Shown here: one piece after another, positions 49,522-58,681 of the stretch
Position numbering within the stretch: the first letter of the stretch is position 1
How the letters are laid out: every line of letters starts with the position of its first letter
IMG/VR virus record: IMGVR_UViG_3300046804_003510
Coordinates: 5,505-69,504 of that record
Length of the DNA stretch: 64,000 bases
Origin: a virus
Reading direction: 5' to 3' (one strand)
Notes under the pieces: generated by a model
What the model saw: the letters and a program-made list of their open reading frames with translations, nothing else
Databases searched by the model: none
What the model was told of the DNA's origin: nothing
Program-made: the position numbers and the translations under genes

Positions 49522-50900
49522 TGGAAAAAGTAGAAAATACAATTCTAAAAAATCTACTGTTTAATAATGATTACTGCAGAAAAGTACTACCTTTTATCAA
49601 GTCTGAATACTTCGAAAATTTCCACGAGAAAGTCATTTTTGAAGAAGTTTGTAAGTTCATTCTTTCCTATGACAATCTTCCAACTAAAGAAATTATTCTA
49701 ATTGAAGTTGAAAGAAGAATTGATATTACAGAGGATACATATAAGGTCATCTGTGATTATTTTTCTAAATTAGATGATGAACCATCAGAAACTAATTGGA
49801 TTGTAGATACCACTGAAAAGTGGTGTAGAGATAAAGCGATTTATCTTGCTCTCATGGAATCTATTAAGATTGCAGATGGGCAAGATGAAAAGAAATCACG
49901 AGATGCAATTCCATCAATCTTACAACAGGCACTTGCTGTAAGTTTTGATAATCACATTGGACACGACTACTTAAATGACTACCAAGAAAGATATGAATCT
50001 TATCACAGAAAAGAAGACAAAATCCCCTTTGACCTTGAATACTTCAACAAAATTACAAAAGGTGGTCTCCCTAACAAGACTCTCAATATCGCTCTTGCTG
50101 GTACAGGCGTCGGCAAAAGTCTATTCATGTGCCACATGGCTAGCTCCATCCTCCTGCAAGGGCTCAATGTTCTCTACATTACACTTGAAATGGCAGAAGA
50201 CAGGATTGCTGAAAGAATTGATGCGAATCTCCTGAATGTAAATATTAAAGATATTGTTGAACTTCCCAAACCTATGTTTGAGAGCAAAGTGAATACTATT
50301 GCTAAAAAAACACAGGGAACAATAATCATCAAAGAATATCCAACTGCATCAGCACATGTAGGTCATTTTAAATCACTCTTAAATGAACTTTCTCTTAAGA
50401 AATCATTTAGACCTAATATTATTTTCATTGACTACCTTAACATTTGTGCTTCCAGTAGGTATAAGTCAAATTTTTCTGTCAATTCTTATTCATATGTTAA
50501 AGCAATTGCAGAGGAACTTAGGGGTTTGGCAGTTGAATTCAACGTTCCAATCGTTTCTGCTACTCAAACCACTCGTAGTGGTTATGGCAATAGCGATGTT
50601 GAACTTACTGATACTTCTGAGTCCTTTGGTCTCCCTGCTACTGCTGATCTTATGTTTGCCCTTATTAGTACAGAAGAACTTGAGCAGATGGGACAAATTA
50701 TGGTAAAGCAATTAAAGAATAGATATAATGATCCAACTATCAATAAAAGATTTGTAGTTGGAATTGATAGAGCAAAAATGAGACTCTATGATTGTGAACA
50801 AAGTGCTCAGAAAGATATTCTTGACTCTGGACAAGAAGAGGAATATAATAATGAGGACGACTCTAAAAAAAGTAAATTCGAAGGTTTTAAATTTGTATGA
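49518..50900 (+). CDS. gp41: Replicative helicase gp41
   Basis: [46 protein letters not shown]. Confidence 0.97.
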   Translation: MMEKVENTILKNLLFNNDYCRKVLPFIKSEYFENFHEKVIFEEVCKFILSYDNLPTKEIILIEVERRIDITEDTYKVICDYFSKLDDEPSETNWIVDTTEKWCRDKAIYLALMESIKIADGQDEKKSRDAIPSILQQALAVSFDNHIGHDYLNDYQERYESYHRKEDKIPFDLEYFNKITKGGLPNKTLNIALAGTGVGKSLFMCHMASSILLQGLNVLYITLEMAEDRIAERIDANLLNVNIKDIVELPKPMFESKVNTIAKKTQGTIIIKEYPTASAHVGHFKSLLNELSLKKSFRPNIIFIDYLNICASSRYKSNFSVNSYSYVKAIAEELRGLAVEFNVPIVSATQTTRSGYGNSDVELTDTSESFGLPATADLMFALISTEELEQMGQIMVKQLKNRYNDPTINKRFVVGIDRAKMRLYDCEQSAQKDILDSGQEEEYNNEDDSKKSKFEGFKFV

Positions 50901-51307
50901 TGGACAAAGTAGATTTTAACAAGTATCAAAACTTTGTAGATGCTGTCACATCTGATGCATCAAAAGATTTTGTAGCATTTTCTGATCGTATTGTAGAACT
51001 GGATCGTAAAGGTGCTAATATTGAACGACTCCTGACTGCTGGTGTTGGTATCAATGCTGAAGGTGGTGAGTTTCTTGAAATTGTGAAGAAGATGATTTTC
51101 CAAGGTAAGCCCTGGAACCAAGATAATAAAGATCATCTCATCACTGAACTTGGTGATCTGATGTGGTATGTGATGCAGGCATGTATTGCTTTGGAAGTTC
51201 CTATTGATTATGTCATCTCAAAGAATGTGGACAAACTGATGAAGCGTTATCCTGAGGGTGCTTTTGATGTATTCTATTCTGAAAATCGTTCAGAAGACGA
51301 TAGATAA
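50897..51307 (+). CDS. mazG: MazG-like nucleotide pyrophosphohydrolase
   Basis: AEGGEFLEIVKK..FQGKP, ELGDLMWY, NVDKL..RYP. Confidence 0.9.
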   Translation: MMDKVDFNKYQNFVDAVTSDASKDFVAFSDRIVELDRKGANIERLLTAGVGINAEGGEFLEIVKKMIFQGKPWNQDNKDHLITELGDLMWYVMQACIALEVPIDYVISKNVDKLMKRYPEGAFDVFYSENRSEDDR

Positions 51308-51324
51308 TAATAAACTATAAGTAA

Positions 51325-52332
51325 ATGTCTAAGTTTAAAGGACCAAGCTTAAAGCCAACAGAGTTGGGTTTGGGTGGAACCTACCCTACTGTTACCTCAT
51401 ACAAAAGGGCTGTTCTATCTGCCATTGATGAAAAAATTCGTGAATTTAACATGGTTGACCCCAACTATGCACCTTACCTCAAACATCTTATCAATAATGC
51501 TGGTTCATCAAAATCTTTTCCAGGATATTCTGCTCTTAAAAAAGTTTTAGAATCAACTCCTACTGGTGATAGTCCTAATTCTTTAAAAGAAATAGAAAAA
51601 TATTTTGCAGAAGTGATAGGACCAATTTCTCTAGTTGAAAATAAAGAAATTAATAAAAAAACTACTTTTACTGAATCATCTTCTGTAGGAGTTCCAAATA
51701 GTGTGAGTCAGAGTGGATATGATTTTTCTATAAATGGCACTGAAGTGACAGTAAAAATGCCAACAGGAAAAACAAACACTCTTAAACCAGGAGATATTGT
51801 AGGCAATAAAGATTTTGTAAATTTAATTAATAAATCAAATAACAAAAAATTTAAAGAGATATTGAGTTTGATGAAGGTTTTAAGTGTCAATTCTGCAAAA
51901 CTTGGACCTTATATTGCAATTTATGGTGAAGGTGGTAAAGGTGGTGGAGTTTTAGATGAGTTAGTTGGTAAAAAAAGAGAACAAGATTCTGTTTTAATTC
52001 CAGGAAACTCAACAGAACTTCCTGAAAAAATGATCTCATTCTATGCTAATGCATTAGAAAAACAAATTGAAATTTGGTCAAAGTTACCTACTATCAATTC
52101 ATCACTAATTGAATTTACAAATTTATATTACAATACCAAACAATTATTTGCTTTTAGCTATAAAATTGAAAGCACTGGGAATGGCAAACCAAAATTTTCC
52201 AATGCAGTTAAAGGAGCATCTATTGTAGGTAAAGGAAGAGCTGGTCCTTTTGGAAGTGATTCCAATGGAGATATGACATTAAATCCAACAAGAGAAAAAC
52301 CAGAAAAAATTGGTATTCAAATGACATTTTAA
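51325..52332 (+). CDS. Hypothetical protein, possible PD-(D/E)xK nuclease
   Basis: 335 aa; FAEVIGP helix followed by YDFSINGTEVTVK; directly upstream of a DNA methyltransferase; function speculative. Confidence 0.5.
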   Translation: MSKFKGPSLKPTELGLGGTYPTVTSYKRAVLSAIDEKIREFNMVDPNYAPYLKHLINNAGSSKSFPGYSALKKVLESTPTGDSPNSLKEIEKYFAEVIGPISLVENKEINKKTTFTESSSVGVPNSVSQSGYDFSINGTEVTVKMPTGKTNTLKPGDIVGNKDFVNLINKSNNKKFKEILSLMKVLSVNSAKLGPYIAIYGEGGKGGGVLDELVGKKREQDSVLIPGNSTELPEKMISFYANALEKQIEIWSKLPTINSSLIEFTNLYYNTKQLFAFSYKIESTGNGKPKFSNAVKGASIVGKGRAGPFGSDSNGDMTLNPTREKPEKIGIQMTF

Positions 52333-52336
52333 ACTT

Positions 52337-53104
52337 ATGATTGATCTGAGAACTGGAGATTGTATTGAGTTGGCAAAACAACTTGATGACAACTCTATTG
52401 ATTGCACTGTAACCTCACCACCATACAACAAACAAAAGATTGGTGGTGGATTGTTTCGTAAAATTGAATATGATAAGTTTGATGATTCACTTCCAGAGGA
52501 TGTTTATCAGGAGCAGCAGATTGAACTGCTGAATGTTCTGTTTGACAAAACCAAAGAAGGAGGTTCACTGTTCTATAATCATAAGGTTAGGTATCTGAAT
52601 GGTAATGCAACTTCTCCATGGGAATGGTTGCCTAAGACCAAGTGGCACATTAGAGAAGAGATCATTTGGAATAGGGGAAGTGGCCCAGAGATTTCTGGAT
52701 ATAGATTCACGCAGATTGATGAGAGAATCTATTGGTTGTGCAAAGGTGCAAAGCGTCCTAAACTTCCCAGAAGGTCTGTAAATTATGGTAGTGTCTGGAA
52801 GTTTGGTCCCGAGATGAAGAATCCTCATCCTGCACCATTTCCTATCATTCTCCCTTTGCGTTGTATTCAAGGTGTTCTCCAAGAACCTGGATTAATTCTT
52901 GACCCTTATAGTGGTTCGGGAACTACTGGACTTGCTGCCAGACTTCTTGGACATGATTATATTGGATTTGATTTGTCTGATGACTATCATGCCATGGCAA
53001 GAGAAAGAATTTACAATCCATCTAAGAAAGACCTTGAGAAGTTTACTGAAGAATGTGGTATTGAGGTAAATACTGAAAGGGATATATTTACGCTACTTTC
53101 CTGA
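52337..53104 (+). CDS. N4-cytosine/N6-adenine DNA methyltransferase (beta class)
   Basis: GDC, VTSPPYN (motif IV) before HPAPFP and DPYSGSGTT (motif I). Confidence 0.9.
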   Translation: MIDLRTGDCIELAKQLDDNSIDCTVTSPPYNKQKIGGGLFRKIEYDKFDDSLPEDVYQEQQIELLNVLFDKTKEGGSLFYNHKVRYLNGNATSPWEWLPKTKWHIREEIIWNRGSGPEISGYRFTQIDERIYWLCKGAKRPKLPRRSVNYGSVWKFGPEMKNPHPAPFPIILPLRCIQGVLQEPGLILDPYSGSGTTGLAARLLGHDYIGFDLSDDYHAMARERIYNPSKKDLEKFTEECGIEVNTERDIFTLLS

Positions 53105-53328
53105 TGGAAGATTTTTTTAAAGAACTTGTGATACTTTATAAGAAACGCATTCGCATTAGGCAACTGAAAAAACAAACTATTGAAAATTTTTGCAGGTTTT
53201 ATGTAAGTTTTGTAGACCAATATAAAGACCCTAAAGATAAGAAAGATAAATATTTACAAGTAAAAAAACTTGGATTGCAATATATTCGTAGCAACCAAGA
53301 TTTGATATATTCAGAAATCAATAGATGA
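53104..53328 (+). CDS. Hypothetical protein
   Basis: 74-aa ORF overlapping both neighbours; contains ATAAATA at 53246. Confidence 0.55.
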   Translation: MEDFFKELVILYKKRIRIRQLKKQTIENFCRFYVSFVDQYKDPKDKKDKYLQVKKLGLQYIRSNQDLIYSEINR

Positions 53329-54593
53329 AAAGATTTTCAGAATTTATTTTAGAAGCAAGAACATCCCAAGCAGCACAGAAAGCACATAAGCTTGGGTTAG
53401 TTGGTGATGGGCATGGATATTGGATTGACAAACAGAAACAGAGAGTAGCAAGAACATTTAAAGGTCAACTTGAATTTATAAGTGGGAAGAAGAAAAAAGG
53501 TGGTGAGGAAGAAGAACAAAAGAAACAAAAACCTGCTGATGTAAAACAAGGTAGAGCAAAGAAACAAAAACCAGCACCAAAGAGATTAGGAACCAAACCA
53601 CAACAACCAACAGCACAGAGAACTAAGGCACTTGCAACAACTGGGGCAACAGGAAAACCTCCAGCAGGAGCAGCACCTAAAAAAGATTCAAGAGGTGAAG
53701 TTGCCACTGTAGTGTTTGGTAAGTTTAATCCACCAACAGTTTCACATCAAAAAGCATTCAGCACTGCAAAACAAACTGCAACTGAAGGAAACTTTTACAT
53801 CTTCCCAAGTAGGTCTCAGGATGGAAAACAGAATCCATTAGACCCAGATTTAAAGATTTCTTATATGAAGGAAATGTTTCCTGAGTATGCAGAAAATATT
53901 ATTGATAGTGATGAATTTGTTACTATCTTTGATGTTCTTACATTCTTAAATCAAGAAGGATATACTGGAGTCAATATTGTTTGTGGTGCAGAAAGAGTAT
54001 CTGAAATTGATAATCTTGCAAACAAAAACAACGGTCAGTTGTATGATTATACAAGTATGAATGTAATTTCTGCTGGACCAAAAGATGCAGATGTTGCTTC
54101 TGATGCAGCAAGAAAGGCAGTGGCAGAAAATGATTTTGAGTCGTTCAAAAAAATGCTTCCAAAAAATTTCAAAAAATCAAAGCAGTTGTTTGCAGATTTG
54201 CAGCAATCTATGAATGTGAAAGAAGGATATAATCTTTGGGAGATTGCTCCAGAGTATGATTGGAAGGGACTAAGAGAAAATTATATCTTTGGTCATCTTT
54301 TTAGAGTTGGGTCTAAAGTAGAAAGTACTCATACAGGACTTAGAGGAGAAGTAATTCGTTCTGGTGCCAATCATCTAATATGTGTGACTGAAGATGGGAT
54401 TATGTTTAAGTCTTGGATTAAAGATGTTTGTGAATATACAGAAGTAAAAATGGATAAGATTATGAGAGATAAAATACATCCTAATACATTAGTTGGAACC
54501 TCTGGATATACAAAATACGTAGCATCTATGACCCCAGGAGCAACAGTGGATTCTATAAATAAAATAAGGAAAACCGTAAGTAAAGTTAAATGA
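53325..54593 (+). CDS. Cytidyltransferase-like (HIGH superfamily) protein
   Basis: VFGKFNPPTVSH, SRSQD..QNPL....K, VCGAERV motifs; N-terminus MKRFSEFILE; C-terminal LRENY...GANHLICVTE..FKSWI domain. Confidence 0.75.
   Translation: MKRFSEFILEARTSQAAQKAHKLGLVGDGHGYWIDKQKQRVARTFKGQLEFISGKKKKGGEEEEQKKQKPADVKQGRAKKQKPAPKRLGTKPQQPTAQRTKALATTGATGKPPAGAAPKKDSRGEVATVVFGKFNPPTVSHQKAFSTAKQTATEGNFYIFPSRSQDGKQNPLDPDLKISYMKEMFPEYAENIIDSDEFVTIFDVLTFLNQEGYTGVNIVCGAERVSEIDNLANKNNGQLYDYTSMNVISAGPKDADVASDAARKAVAENDFESFKKMLPKNFKKSKQLFADLQQSMNVKEGYNLWEIAPEYDWKGLRENYIFGHLFRVGSKVESTHTGLRGEVIRSGANHLICVTEDGIMFKSWIKDVCEYTEVKMDKIMRDKIHPNTLVGTSGYTKYVASMTPGATVDSINKIRKTVSKVK
54554..54561 (+). promoter_or_regulatory. T4-type late promoter
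   Basis: TATAAATA 28 nt upstream of 54590. Confidence 0.7.
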
Positions 54594-55531
54594 CTAACAT
54601 TTGGACACAATCATTTGAAGAGGTCAGGAAACCATTTTTTGAAATGGATGATCCTTATACCAAACTTGAAGAAGAGAAGGCCAAGAGAGATTATGATGGG
54701 GATGGTAAAGTAGAAAGTGGTGCTAAAGAGTATCGTGGTGCAGTTCATAATGCCATTCAGAGAAAGAAAGGTGGAAAACCAGATGGTCAAGATACCTCAA
54801 GTGTAAAGGAAGAATCTCTTGTAGAAATTGAAAATAAGGTTTCAAAGGGTGCAGATAAAAAAGTTGATGTAATGAAAGGTAAAAATACAGTTACCATTAA
54901 TCCACAACTGGGAATGAAGGAAGAAGTTGAGGCATGGGTCAGTGAACTTGTAGAAGAAGGTTATGACCTCTCAGAATTTACCTGGGACGAAATGACTGAG
55001 ATTTATGAGTCTGCTGAACTTAATGAAGGAACTGCTGAAATGCCAGCAAGAGGTGATGCTGAAACTATGAATGTTACAGATACCCAAATGGCATCTGCTA
55101 AGAGAAGAGCAGCACAAGCTCAAATCAGAGCAGATATGGCTCGTGTTCAACTTCAAAAAGCATCTATGACAAGAGAATCTTTTGATTCTATTCTTGAGTA
55201 TCTTTCAAATAGACCAGATGCATTTGAAAATCTTGATGAGGCAGTATTTGACCCAAAAAAGTCTAAGATGAGACCTGCATCACAAAGGTCTCAAAGAACT
55301 ATGACTCCTGCTCAAAGAACAGCACAAAAGAAAGAAGCAGAAAGAACTGCAGCAATTCATAGCAAAGGAGAAACTGTTCTTGCTGGTATGAGATCTTCTG
55401 GAACCAGAGGAAAAGTTCAAACAACTCCAACTCCAAAACCAGCAGCACCAGCATCAAATAGAAAGGTGAAAGGTCGTTATGACAAACTTGCTGCAGCAGC
55501 ATCTAAGGTTCTGAAAGATATTAACAGATAA
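54590..55531 (+). CDS. Modular late protein, probable internal head protein
   Basis: DYDGDGKVESG..EY.G module, V.INP module, LVEEGYDLS..TWDEM.E module, basic C-terminus. Confidence 0.65.
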   Translation: MTNIWTQSFEEVRKPFFEMDDPYTKLEEEKAKRDYDGDGKVESGAKEYRGAVHNAIQRKKGGKPDGQDTSSVKEESLVEIENKVSKGADKKVDVMKGKNTVTINPQLGMKEEVEAWVSELVEEGYDLSEFTWDEMTEIYESAELNEGTAEMPARGDAETMNVTDTQMASAKRRAAQAQIRADMARVQLQKASMTRESFDSILEYLSNRPDAFENLDEAVFDPKKSKMRPASQRSQRTMTPAQRTAQKKEAERTAAIHSKGETVLAGMRSSGTRGKVQTTPTPKPAAPASNRKVKGRYDKLAAAASKVLKDINR

Positions 55532-55561
55532 ATAGTCTTAGATATTTCATAGAGGGTCATT

Positions 55562-55741
55562 ATGGAATTTGGATTAATCTGGGCTTGGGCATTAGCAAAT
55601 CAAGCATCACTTGCAACTATTCTTCTAATTGTTTCTGAACTTCTTGGAGCATTTCCACAAATTAAATCTAATGGAATTGCATCATTTGTTTTAATTCAAG
55701 TTCAGAAAGTTCTTAAGGATAAAGGCGGTAAAACACTGTAA
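55562..55741 (+). CDS. Small membrane protein (59 aa; not in the ORF track), holin-like candidate
   Basis: Read by hand: MEFGLIWAWALANQASLATILLIVSELLGAFPQIKSNGIASFVLIQVQKVLKDKGGKTL; ATAAATA at 55528, GAGG SD, terminator downstream. Confidence 0.7.
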   Translation: MEFGLIWAWALANQASLATILLIVSELLGAFPQIKSNGIASFVLIQVQKVLKDKGGKTL

Positions 55742-55763
55742 ATTAAATAACTCATATTACTTT

Positions 55764-55793
55764 GGGGACCAAAGTTTAAGGTCTCCTTTTTTT
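55764..55793 (+). terminator. Intrinsic terminator
   Basis: GGGGACC...GGTCTCC followed by T run. Confidence 0.7.
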
Positions 55794-55800
55794 ATAAATA
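55793..55800 (+). promoter_or_regulatory. T4-type late promoter
   Basis: TATAAATA upstream of 55834. Confidence 0.75.
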
Positions 55801-55833
55801 TTTTTAGACAAAGAAACTTATTAGGTAAAAAGA

Positions 55834-56592
55834 ATGGCACTCTGGGGAAACAACGACAACAAAGGTTCAGGGGGCACAGTCACTTTAAACTACTCAACTT
55901 TGGTTGTTACTGGGTCTGGAACAACTTTTGGAGGAGTTGGAGCTGCTGCTACTGGAGATGTAATTAGATTTGGGTATAGAGGTTCTGGCGGAACTTATTT
56001 TGGTGATGCTGTTATTGTAGGTATTGCAAGCACAACACAACTTACAATTGCATCTACTGCTGGATTAAGTGGTGCTGCAATTGCATCAACTGATTTTTAT
56101 ATTAGTGAACTTCCTAAATATACTACTCTTGATAGTACATTTAGTAATGCTAATGATTTAGCAGAAACTTTAAAGATTTTATCAATCACTGGAACTGCAA
56201 CTACAAATGCAGGTGTAGGAACTAATGTTATTCCTGTAGTCCCTCCTGTTGGATTAATTGTTGGAGATCGTCTTTTAAATGGTGGAAATAATCTTATAAT
56301 TTCAACACTTGGTTCTACCACTATCACTCTTGGATCAACAATTTCTGCAGGAATTGCAACAGGTGATACTCTTACATTCAAGAGATATGTTGATGGATAT
56401 GATAGACAAGTTTATGGTATTTCTACAGATTCAGTTGCTTCAGCATATAGAGGATACACTCATCAAGGTTGGGTTGGTATTATGACTTATGTTGATACTC
56501 ATGGAAACTTGAGAGTTAAGAGTGAAGTTCTTGTTGCCATGTCTGGAGTTACAACTGGTTCTAATGGAATCATTTATCCAACTCCTAAGTAA
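55834..56592 (+). CDS. Virion structural protein (MALWG family)
   Basis: MALWG N-terminus, Gly/Thr-rich body, C-terminal HQGWVG..TYVDTHGNLRVKSEVLVAMS. Confidence 0.65.
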   Translation: MALWGNNDNKGSGGTVTLNYSTLVVTGSGTTFGGVGAAATGDVIRFGYRGSGGTYFGDAVIVGIASTTQLTIASTAGLSGAAIASTDFYISELPKYTTLDSTFSNANDLAETLKILSITGTATTNAGVGTNVIPVVPPVGLIVGDRLLNGGNNLIISTLGSTTITLGSTISAGIATGDTLTFKRYVDGYDRQVYGISTDSVASAYRGYTHQGWVGIMTYVDTHGNLRVKSEVLVAMSGVTTGSNGIIYPTPK

Positions 56593-56599
56593 TTAATCT

Positions 56600-56971
56600 A
56601 TGAAGTTTGATGAATTGAATGAGGATAATTACATCCTTTTTGCTATTAAACACTATGACAATCCTCAAGCGATAACTAAAGAAGATTTTTTTGAGGACTT
56701 AAGTAGATTTAAATATATCAAAAAACTTTTAAGACGATATGTTAGATCAGGAGAGTTAAAAACAACTCTCCTGATTAATCATTTTATTATAGTCTTTAAT
56801 GTTTTTAATGATGCTGCACTTCCACTTTTATTCTTTAAGATTGAAAGAGAATTGTGGTCTTCTATGAAAACATTTTTAATGTATCTGAATAGAATACCAG
56901 AATATCCAAAAACTTTTCTAAATGATATTCCTATTGATGAAAATTGTTTAAGAATTTTGGAGACACTATAA
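56600..56971 (+). CDS. Conserved T4-like hypothetical protein
   Basis: FDELNEDNY.LFAIKHYDNP, EDL.RFKYIK.LL.RY, LINH.I...NVF. Confidence 0.8.
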   Translation: MKFDELNEDNYILFAIKHYDNPQAITKEDFFEDLSRFKYIKKLLRRYVRSGELKTTLLINHFIIVFNVFNDAALPLLFFKIERELWSSMKTFLMYLNRIPEYPKTFLNDIPIDENCLRILETL

Positions 56972-57186
56972 TGAATCAGTCAAAATTAGATCTAATTATA
57001 AATATTATTAGAGAAGAAATGGCTGGTGGTGGTCTTCCAGTAAGTAATGTTTCTGGTGGAAATATAGCAGGAACCCCAGCTGCTGACCCTGGAAATCCTC
57101 CAGTTCATAAAAAAAGAAAAAAGAATGTTATATTTTTAGGTCCAAAATCAAGGACTGCATGGGTGAGAAATATTAGACAAAAGTAA
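56971..57186 (+). CDS. Small hypothetical late protein
   Basis: TAATG-coupled ATG at 56971: MNQSKLDLIINIIREEMAGG...DPGNPPVHKKRKK. Confidence 0.65.
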   Translation: MNQSKLDLIINIIREEMAGGGLPVSNVSGGNIAGTPAADPGNPPVHKKRKKNVIFLGPKSRTAWVRNIRQK

Positions 57187-57190
57187 AAAA

Positions 57191-57628
57191 ATGTTTAATC
57201 AAAACACCACAGCAGACACTAAGATTGCTGTTTTAGAGGAACGTCTTTCCTCATATGAACTTATGCTGAGGAGAATTGATGAGGCAATTCAACTTGTAGG
57301 AAAGGCAAATCAGAATATCAGCAAGATGCTTGCTGTCCATGAGGAAAAAATTGAACAGTGTAGTAGAGCAGATGATTATATTAGTAGAACAATTGAAGAA
57401 CTTAGATTAGAGAACAGAGATCAATATGAAGAAGTTAATAAAAGAATTGATAAAATAGAAGAAAATGTTCAAGAGATTTCTAAAATAAAGTGGATGACTA
57501 TTGGGTGTGGGGTTCTTCTATCAATCTTAGTTGCAGCGTTCTCAACACTTGCTTCTGGTTGGTGGACACCCTCTGAGATGCAAATGCAGCGCCAGGGACA
57601 TCTTCATCAACAGAATGTTTCAGATTGA
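57191..57628 (+). CDS. Coiled-coil protein with C-terminal transmembrane helix
   Basis: ISKMLAVHEEKI coiled coil; KWMTIGCGVLLSILVAAF hydrophobic segment. Confidence 0.7.
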   Translation: MFNQNTTADTKIAVLEERLSSYELMLRRIDEAIQLVGKANQNISKMLAVHEEKIEQCSRADDYISRTIEELRLENRDQYEEVNKRIDKIEENVQEISKIKWMTIGCGVLLSILVAAFSTLASGWWTPSEMQMQRQGHLHQQNVSD

Positions 57629-57653
57629 CTTAAGACCACATATCTGATAGAAT
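57625..57653 (+). promoter_or_regulatory. sigma70-type promoter for primase-nrdAB
   Basis: TTGACT, 17 nt, TGa-TAGAAT (extended -10). Confidence 0.75.
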
Positions 57654-57676
57654 GAGGATCAATATTTCTCTTGAGT

Positions 57677-58681
57677 ATGTCTTTTATTGATGCCAAATAT
57701 ATTGGGTTAGCTTCTTCTAGACTACAGAAATTCAAGAAAGTAAAAAATAATCTTTATAATTTTAGATGCCCTTATTGTGGAGATTCTCAGAGGAACAAGA
57801 ATAAGGCAAGAGGGTATATCTATCAACTCAAAAATGATCACAATTATAAGTGCCATAATTGTGGAATGTCTAAATCCTTTACAAATTTTCTAAAGGATTT
57901 GGATCAATCTCTTTATGACCAGTATATTCTTGAAAGATATAAGAATGGATTAACTGGTAAAAATTCAAACACTCCAGAACCAAGTTTTGATTTTAAAACA
58001 CCAGAATTCAAAAAAGTAAGTAAGTTAGATTTGCCAACCATAGCAGAACTAAATACAGAACACCCAGCAAAAGTATATTTAAAAAATAGACAAATACCAG
58101 AAAAGTACTTGTCATCACTATATTTCTGTGAATCATTCAAGAAATGGACAAATGAACAAAAATATACTTTTGAAACTACTGACCAGGATGAACCAAGAAT
58201 CATCATCCCACTCATCAATAGAGGGGAAGTATTTGGGTTCCAAGGTCGTAGTTTAAGGAAAGATTCAAAAGTCAAATACATTACAATTATCTTAGATGAA
58301 CATCATCCAAAAATTTATGGTCTTGATGACATAGATTGGAATCAAACAGTTTATATTACAGAAGGTCCAATTGATAGTATGTTTATTGATAATGCTATTG
58401 CAATGGTAGGTGCTGATATTGATAAGATGTTTTTATTACACAATTTTGATGTTGACTTTGTAATGGTCTATGATAATGAAAAAAGAAATAAACAGATTGT
58501 AGAAAGAATTGAGAAGGCAATTGATCTTAAATTGCCTGTGGTAATTTGGCCATCAGATATTAAAGAAAAAGATGTAAATGAAATGGTCCTGGCTGGACTT
58601 GATGTGAACAATATGTTAAAATTAAATACCTATTCTGGTTTACAAGCAAAGACAAAACTTATTCAGTGGAAACGAGTATGA
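57677..58681 (+). CDS. gp61: DNA primase gp61
   Basis: NFRCPYCGDS...KARG, CHNCG zinc finger, GFQGR, TOPRIM EGPIDS and DNE. Confidence 0.95.
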   Translation: MSFIDAKYIGLASSRLQKFKKVKNNLYNFRCPYCGDSQRNKNKARGYIYQLKNDHNYKCHNCGMSKSFTNFLKDLDQSLYDQYILERYKNGLTGKNSNTPEPSFDFKTPEFKKVSKLDLPTIAELNTEHPAKVYLKNRQIPEKYLSSLYFCESFKKWTNEQKYTFETTDQDEPRIIIPLINRGEVFGFQGRSLRKDSKVKYITIILDEHHPKIYGLDDIDWNQTVYITEGPIDSMFIDNAIAMVGADIDKMFLLHNFDVDFVMVYDNEKRNKQIVERIEKAIDLKLPVVIWPSDIKEKDVNEMVLAGLDVNNMLKLNTYSGLQAKTKLIQWKRV

